Of a DNA stretch of 15,067 nt, positions 10,073-15,067 are shown piece by piece (the first letter of the stretch is position 1; each line of letters starts with the position of its first letter). The position numbers and the translations under genes are program-made. This stretch comes from Pseudomonadota bacterium (lineage in GTDB: Bacteria; Bdellovibrionota_B; Oligoflexia; Oligoflexales; CAIYRB01), in assembly GCA_031416315.1 (NCBI GenBank), contig JANOTL010000093.1:1-15067 (forward strand), written 5' to 3'. The notes below the pieces were generated by a model. That model was not told where the DNA came from. It made no database searches and saw only the letters and a list, made by a program, of their open reading frames with translations.

Positions 10073-10417
10073 CTATCTCAAGTTGACCATTGTGCCGTGA
10101 GTCTCGACGAGCGGCATCGCCTTCGGCTGATCCGAGCTTGCACGTAGGTCACGGTGCGCAACGATCGCGGCCGCGAGCGAGCGCAGATTCGCAAGCGACT
10201 GGCGGCCAACGTCGTCGTTGCGGACCTTGAGACCCCAACGCCGCTCGACCTGCACGATGACCTCGAGCAGGTCGATCGAGTCGAGGCCGAGCCCGGCGCC
10301 GTAGAGCGGGGCGGCCTCGTCCAGCGACTCGGGGTCGACGGCGTGCAGGTTGCCGGCGGACACGACCAGGCGCTTCAGCTCCTGCATCAGGGAAGGGGCG
10401 GCGGTCGGTGCAGTCAT
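10073..10417 (-). CDS. stand-alone acyl carrier protein (secondary-metabolism/special-lipid type)
   Basis: PLYGAGLGLDSIDLLE carries the phosphopantetheine Ser, followed by VERRWGLKV; AGGAG RBS 5 nt upstream of the ATG at 10417. Confidence 0.88.
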   Translation of the reverse strand: MTAPTAAPSLMQELKRLVVSAGNLHAVDPESLDEAAPLYGAGLGLDSIDLLEVIVQVERRWGLKVRNDDVGRQSLANLRSLAAAIVAHRDLRASSDQPKAMPLVETHGTMVNLR

Positions 10418-10444
10418 GAGAACTCCTACGCGGCGCATCAGGCA

Positions 10445-10473
10445 TTGGGCGAGCCCGGGCTTCGAGCTATCAT
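10445..10473 (+). promoter_or_regulatory. sigma70-type promoter giving a probably leaderless radical SAM transcript
   Basis: TTGGGC-N17-TATCAT-N6-ATG(10480), with no SD. Confidence 0.55.
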
Positions 10474-10479
10474 GCCATC

Positions 10480-11883
10480 ATGATTTTCCTTGTCTCGCAC
10501 AATCGTTACGCGGAGCCGTACCCGGTCTATCCTCTCGGTTTGGCTCACGTCGCGACCCTGCTTGCGCATGAAGGCATCGGCTACGAGGTCGCCGACAGGA
10601 TCGTGGACACCGACGACGAGATCCTGGCGCGGATCGCCGCGGCCGGGCCGCAGATGATCGGCATCTCGATCCGAAATCTCCATTCCTTCCAGGAAGAGTG
10701 CCCTTACGACTCCATGGACGACCTGAAGCACTTCGTCGCCCGCGTCCGCGGCGTGACGACGGCGCCCATCGTGCTCGGGGGCAGCGCCGTCAATCTCTTC
10801 CCGGTCGAGACGACGACGTGGGCCGCCGCCGATTTCGGCGTCGTCGAGGATCCGGAGACCTTCGTCGAGCTCTACGAGCGCTTGCAATGCGGCGCGAGCG
10901 TCGAAGGCATGGCGAACCTCGTGGACGGTCGCGCGCCGCGGCTCCCGACCGTGCTGAGGCGGCCGATCGCCGCGCAGTTGCCGACGCTCCTCCTCCCCGA
11001 GCGCTATACCGCGTACTACGACCGGCACGGCGGGATGCTGAGCCTCTTGACGCGCCGCGGCTGCCCCTTCAAATGTAGCTTCTGCACCTATCCCGCGATC
11101 GAAGGCCATCAAGGCCGCGTCAAGGCGATAGGCGGCGTCATCGCCGAGGTCGAGCGCCTGGTCTCCGCCGGCATTCGCTACGCGTTCATCGTCGACTCCG
11201 TCTTCAACGCCGACCTCAAGCATTCCGCGGCCGTCGCGCGGGCCTTGATCGAGCGCAAGCTGCCGATCAAATTCTGCGCCTATATGACGCCGCGCCCCTT
11301 TCCTCCGGGCTATCCCGAGCTCCTTGCCGAGGCCGGCATCGCGCACGTCGAGTTCGGGACTGACGCATTCAGCGATCACATGCTGAAGGTCTACATGAAG
11401 CCGTTCCGGTTCAAAGACATCAAGGCGGCGTCGACGGCCATGCGCGCGACCGGCATTTTTCAGTCGCACTTCATGATCCTCGGCGCGCCCGGCGAGACCG
11501 AAGAGACCTTGCGCGAGACCTTGGAGCGCTCGCGGGAGATTCCCGCGGATGCGTTCATCTATTGCAACGGCGTCACCGTGTATCGCGGGACGGCGCTCTA
11601 TGCCCGCCTCGTCAAGGAAGGCCGCCTGCGCGGCGACGAGAATCCGTTGGCGGTGAACATCGTGTTCGCAGACGGCCTGACGCCGGCGCGGATCGACGCC
11701 ATGGTCGACGCGCACGGCGAGACGCACCCGCCGTGGGTGACGCGCCGGCGTGAGGCGGCGACGCGGCCTCTTCTGCAGCGAATCCGGGCCACGGGGCGTC
11801 GCAAGGGCCCCTTGTGGGAGCTGCTCAACGTGGATGCGCCGAGCTTCGAGCCGGCGACTAGGGCGCCTGGCCTCACGGTTTGA
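10480..11883 (+). CDS. B12-binding domain radical SAM protein, resembling the lipid-biosynthesis (ladderane-cluster-like, TIGR04072-type) family
   Basis: N-terminal PYPVYPLGL, IGISIRN and IVLGGS of a cobalamin-binding domain; TRRGCPFKCSFCTY (CX3CX2C); FIVDSVFN; EFGTD; ILGAPGETEETL; C-terminal KGPLWELL. Confidence 0.9.
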   Translation: MIFLVSHNRYAEPYPVYPLGLAHVATLLAHEGIGYEVADRIVDTDDEILARIAAAGPQMIGISIRNLHSFQEECPYDSMDDLKHFVARVRGVTTAPIVLGGSAVNLFPVETTTWAAADFGVVEDPETFVELYERLQCGASVEGMANLVDGRAPRLPTVLRRPIAAQLPTLLLPERYTAYYDRHGGMLSLLTRRGCPFKCSFCTYPAIEGHQGRVKAIGGVIAEVERLVSAGIRYAFIVDSVFNADLKHSAAVARALIERKLPIKFCAYMTPRPFPPGYPELLAEAGIAHVEFGTDAFSDHMLKVYMKPFRFKDIKAASTAMRATGIFQSHFMILGAPGETEETLRETLERSREIPADAFIYCNGVTVYRGTALYARLVKEGRLRGDENPLAVNIVFADGLTPARIDAMVDAHGETHPPWVTRRREAATRPLLQRIRATGRRKGPLWELLNVDAPSFEPATRAPGLTV

Positions 11884-11904
11884 ACGAGTTCGCTCCGCTG
11901 CTGA

Positions 11905-12027
11905 TCAGAGGCTGCAGTCCAAGGTCTCGTCGATCGCCGTACCGTCGGGAAGGGCGCCCTTCAGCCGCATGGGATAGCGATCGTCCTTGCGCTCCAGCGT
12001 GATCAGGGCCTCGAGCTTCGCGAACGG
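11905..12027 (-). pseudogene. possible 3' remnant of a lost gene (..PFAKLEALITLERKDDRYPMRLKGALPDGTAIDETLDCSL*)
   Basis: About 40 codons with host-like G/C third positions ending in TGA at 11905-11907; no convincing start; overlaps the methyltransferase end in another frame. Confidence 0.4.
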
Positions 12028-12695
12028 GCTTCCACGTAGAGCGTCTCGAAATGGCGGCTTTCCTGGTCGATCAAGAGGCTCGGGACCTGGCCCTGCCGGA
12101 AGGTGCGGCGCTCGACTGTGGCGAAGCCGGCACCCCGGAGGCTCGCCGCGAGCGTCTCGAAGTCGTAGGCAAACAGGTGACCTTGATCGCGGAAGATCCG
12201 GTTCACATGATCCATCGCGGTGCGGCCGTCGGCGCCCAGGGCCTCTTCGTAGGGAAACAAGACGGCTTCACCGGCGCGGCGCTTCTGATAGATCGATAAG
12301 TAAAGCTCGGCGTCCGGGATGGCGAGGCGGAACCAGGCTCCGGGCTTCAGGATGCGGCGCACCTCGCCGAGAAAACGCTCGGCATCGGCGCGCGCGAGAT
12401 GCTCGAGGCAATGCTCGGAAAAGGCGCCGCCGGCGCTGCCGGCCGCGAAAGGCAGAGGCTTGCGAAAATCCCAGCAGACGTCGACACCCGGACGCCAGCA
12501 GTAGTCGAGGTTGACGAACCCGGGACTAGGGAAAGGCCCGCAGCCGAGGTTGAGGAGCGGGGCGGCACCGGTCGCGTGACGCTTTGCTTGCCAAGCGCGG
12601 TTGCGCACCAAGAGCGCATATAGCGCTTGGACCTTCGTGTAACTGGCGAGCGGACGGTCGAGCGAAAATTTGGTCACGATGCTGCAGGCCGCCAT
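12003..12695 (-). CDS. class I SAM-dependent methyltransferase (Methyltransf_11-like)
   Basis: LNLGCG..GFVNLD, PLPF..FSEHCLEHL, EVRRILKPGAWFRLAIPD, H.FAYDFETL..L..AGF, LYVEA. Confidence 0.9.
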   Translation of the reverse strand: MAACSIVTKFSLDRPLASYTKVQALYALLVRNRAWQAKRHATGAAPLLNLGCGPFPSPGFVNLDYCWRPGVDVCWDFRKPLPFAAGSAGGAFSEHCLEHLARADAERFLGEVRRILKPGAWFRLAIPDAELYLSIYQKRRAGEAVLFPYEEALGADGRTAMDHVNRIFRDQGHLFAYDFETLAASLRGAGFATVERRTFRQGQVPSLLIDQESRHFETLYVEARSRSSRP

Positions 12696-12754
12696 TGGAA
12701 GAGGAGGGAGTTTTTCGACGGCGCGTTGGCGATGACTTGGTCAATCATGGGCGA

Positions 12755-13252
12755 CTACAAGTTCAACAAGTCTCGCTCACGCTCGGCCAATCGGCGCATC
12801 TCCGGCGTCGTCTGATGGTTCGCCGTCTCGACCCCGCCCTCGGGCCGTGGCCGCGCTGTGAACGACTCCAAGATCACGCCGGCCTTCGAGCGCTCAACGC
12901 GGAATGTGCCGGGCTCCGAGCGCAGCTGCTGCACCTGCCACGCTTGGCCGTCGATGCCGGCGAACGTGTGCACGTCGAAGTCGATGCTGCCGGTCTTGAT
13001 CAAGGGGTCGGTGAACGGCGCGAAGCCGAACCAGAACTCGAGAATGGCCAGCGGAAAGTCGACGATGACGGCGGCGATGCCGACAGGGAACGTGACCATT
13101 GAGATCAGGCCCGAGCAGAAGCGGTCGCCGAACGTCTTGCGCCCGCAGGACTCGGCGGACCACTTGGTGTACTTGTGCGACAGCGGCATGTACGCGCAGC
13201 CAACCAGCAATGCAGCCGCCGTCAACGCCAACACACTTTTGCGCGCGTCCAT
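12755..13252 (-). CDS. lipoprotein, DUF3332-like
   Basis: GGGAG RBS before the ATG at 13252; lipobox LVG-C; hydrophobic FPVGIAAVIVDFPLAILEFWFG..P resembles the DUF3332 PVY..D..IEFWTG.NP pattern. Confidence 0.75.
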   Translation of the reverse strand: MDARKSVLALTAAALLVGCAYMPLSHKYTKWSAESCGRKTFGDRFCSGLISMVTFPVGIAAVIVDFPLAILEFWFGFAPFTDPLIKTGSIDFDVHTFAGIDGQAWQVQQLRSEPGTFRVERSKAGVILESFTARPRPEGGVETANHQTTPEMRRLAERERDLLNL

Positions 13253-13510
13253 CCGATGCTCCCGAGAAGATAGGGGGGTCCCTAGGGATGTCGGTCGTCC
13301 CCGAGGTCGACTTGAGGGGGACACGCACACTTCGCGCTCATGCCTAAGTGATCGGAAAGAGCGGGATAGCGTCTGAGAACGTTCTGGGTCCGCCCGAAGA
13401 TGCCGAAAAGAGGCTGGGATCTTTGGCTGCATTGCGTAAACGGCGGCTTCGGGCTCACGTCCTGTTTCGAGCCGGATACGCCCAAATGCGTCGTACGCCG
13501 CTGCGAGTGA

Positions 13511-14629
13511 TCATCGCAAAGCCCGATTAACCGCATCCTCTAGCTCAGCCGGCAGGTCCCGCTTCTGCACCGTGTCGCAAAACGCGCCCAGCTCGATCTT
13601 CGCCTCGAAGGCGAGCTGGCCGCTTTCGACAGACGATGCGACCTGCGGCGCGGCGACGACCTTGTCGCCGACGACGACGATGATGTGGCCGCGCCAGTCG
13701 GCGAGCTCGCGCGTGAGCTCGGCGTAGCGCGCGGCGCCGAGCGGGGTCAGGCTGACGACGAAGCTGCGCGGTTTGCCGTCGCCGGGCATGAGGCCTGCGC
13801 TCGAGACGTCGGGGGCCTGGGCGACTTCGGTGACGTCCGCGCCGGTGAGCTCGGTCGCCAGGAAATAGCGCAGCTCTTCGCCGGTGATCTTGGTCTTGCC
13901 GAGCTTGGTCTTCGGCTTGCCCACGACCTCGCGATGCACCGCGAAGCGCGCTTTCGCGACCGAGGGGCAACGGCGGCGGCCGAAGTCGCCCGAAAGCTCG
14001 ACCAAGCCGGTCCGGCAGCCTTCGTGGCGCGGTGACATCTTCAGGCAGGCGGCATAGGCGCGCATCGCCGCGAGCGGGTCGCCGCCCGTCGCGCGGAGCG
14101 CGCGCGCCAGGATCGCTTGGGCGCGCGGCTCCGTCGGGAAACGAGAGGCGAGCGCCTCGGCGCGTTTCGCCGCCGCGTCGCCCGGCTCGCGGCGGATCGC
14201 GGCCGTCGTCGACGCCAACTGAACTTCGACGTCGTCCACGTAAAGGCTGGCGAGCATCTCGATCGTGCCGTCGAGCTGGCGCTGATCCCCGGGGTTCACG
14301 GCGCCGGTGGCGGAGGCCTCGAAAACGCCGCCGGCGCCGATCAGCTTGCCGAGATAGGCGCGCAGAGAGTCGATGGCGTCCCGCTCGACCGTGCCGGCGC
14401 TCTCGGCGGCGCGGGCGAGATCCTGGTCGGAAGCCTTGAGCGCGTCGATGCCGGGAGCGGTCTCTTGCGATAGGAGCGCCAGCGCCTTGCCAATGGCGGT
14501 GCGCGGCGCATTGCGGCCGCCCTCGCGCTCGCTCACGGGCTCGGAGCCTTCGTCGCGAGTCAAAATGCAGCCCTGGAGCATGAGCAGCCAGGCGAGAGCG
14601 GCGGCGCGCGGAAGCGAGTTTCGGATCAT
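13511..14629 (-). CDS. lipoprotein with TPR-like helical region and C-terminal SecD/SecDF P1-head-like domain
   Basis: Lipobox LQG-C; TPR-like AEALASRFPTEPRAQAILARAL..AMRAYAACLKMSP; SecDF-head-like ELTGADV..FVVSLTPLGAARYAELTR..IIVVVGDKVVAAPQV..VESGQL; no membrane-spanning core. Confidence 0.8.
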   Translation of the reverse strand: MIRNSLPRAAALAWLLMLQGCILTRDEGSEPVSEREGGRNAPRTAIGKALALLSQETAPGIDALKASDQDLARAAESAGTVERDAIDSLRAYLGKLIGAGGVFEASATGAVNPGDQRQLDGTIEMLASLYVDDVEVQLASTTAAIRREPGDAAAKRAEALASRFPTEPRAQAILARALRATGGDPLAAMRAYAACLKMSPRHEGCRTGLVELSGDFGRRRCPSVAKARFAVHREVVGKPKTKLGKTKITGEELRYFLATELTGADVTEVAQAPDVSSAGLMPGDGKPRSFVVSLTPLGAARYAELTRELADWRGHIIVVVGDKVVAAPQVASSVESGQLAFEAKIELGAFCDTVQKRDLPAELEDAVNRALR

Positions 14630-14635
14630 CTGCGG

Positions 14636-14665
14636 ATTCTACGCAGGAAGGGGAGGGCGGGACAA
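14636..14665 (-). promoter_or_regulatory. sigma70-type promoter giving a probably leaderless lipoprotein transcript
   Basis: Minus strand TTGTCC-N18-TAGAAT-N6-ATG(14629), with no SD. The TAG of the -10 box is also the stop codon of the upstream ORF. Confidence 0.6.
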
Positions 14666-15067
14666 GGATTCCGGGATGAGGCCGCCGTGGCGGGTGAAGT
14701 GGGCGGCCAGGGAGTAGAGCTCGGCGGAGGTCAGGGCGAGGGCGCAGAGGAGGGAGCCGGCCATAATTTTTTTGACCGCAGAGGACGCCGAGAACGCAGA
14801 GGCGTGCATAACCACACTCTCTGCGTCCTCGGCGTTCTCTGCGGTAAAATGCATGCCCGGAACCCCACAATTCTGCAAACACCTCCGAAACGCCACCGAG
14901 CCGCTTGAAACACCGCCCACCCCGACCACAGCAACACGCAAATCCGACCGCTCCCGCCTGAGCAACACCAGAGCGCAAGCCGCGACCAGCTCCTCGCCGT
15001 CTCCAACGCTGATCTCGACTTCCGATCCGACCGCAATCTCGCGGAGCGCCGCGCGCACCGCCGCGCC
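14639..15067 (-). CDS. 3' part of a hypothetical gene running in from beyond the window, containing an in-frame palindromic element
   Basis: Frame is open for 143 codons from the window edge to TAG at 14639-14641; strong C3 codon bias in 14675-14764. Confidence 0.55.
   Translation of the reverse strand, partial: GAAVRAALREIAVGSEVEISVGDGEELVAACALVLLRRERSDLRVAVVGVGGVSSGSVAFRRCLQNCGVPGMHFTAENAEDAESVVMHASAFSASSAVKKIMAGSLLCALALTSAELYSLAAHFTRHGGLIPESLSRPPLPA
14775..14845. repeat. REP-like palindrome with 27-bp arms built from 9-nt subunits
   Basis: ACCGCAGAGGACGCCGAGAACGCAGAG (14775-14801) pairs with CTCTGCGTCCTCGGCGTTCTCTGCGGT (14819-14845), 25/27 complementary, 17-nt loop, T7 and A4 flanks. Confidence 0.9.

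Noticed and set aside
8415..11727. Minus-strand ORFs of 412 aa (8415-9653) and 429 aa (10438-11727)
   Set aside because: Antisense shadows of yajQ/ychF and the radical SAM gene
14775..14845. Palindrome as a CRISPR repeat or a simple terminator
   Set aside because: There is no repeat-spacer array; the long, internally periodic arms and in-frame position are unlike an ordinary terminator, although the T/A flanks could permit some termination
13545..14978. 477-aa Arg-rich minus-strand ORF
   Set aside because: Off-frame reading of the lipoprotein gene, with the Arg/Pro/Gly composition typical of a shifted GC-rich frame
14880..15067. Faint resemblance of the partial ORF to a B12-binding Rossmann segment (EISV..EELVAA..L.LRRERSDLRVAVVG)
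   Set aside because: Too short and degenerate to support a family call without the 5' part of the gene

Overview
A GC-rich bacterial chromosomal window. The RpoD region 1.2 and the many signal-peptide hypotheticals suggest a Bdellovibrionota/Myxococcota/delta-proteobacterial host; this is inference only. Core genes are dnaG-rpoD (minus; RpoD has a ~200-aa Lys/Ala/Pro-rich N-terminal tail), yajQ-ychF (plus) and a CAT-anticodon tRNA, probably Ile2. Between the tRNA and rpoD is an accessory block: a rhodanese, a Cu/Zn SOD (both with a sigma54-like motif), a secreted protein and a small ORF whose RBS lies in a hairpin. After ychF come a stand-alone acyl carrier protein divergent from a B12-binding radical SAM enzyme resembling the lipid-biosynthesis (ladderane-cluster-type) family, a SAM methyltransferase, a DUF3332-like lipoprotein and a lipoprotein joining a TPR-like region to a SecDF-head-like domain. 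At the right end a 27-bp-arm palindrome sits in frame inside an ORF, at a sharp G/C skew inversion. Three genes look leaderless or nearly so. All family calls are by motif recognition; no searches were run.
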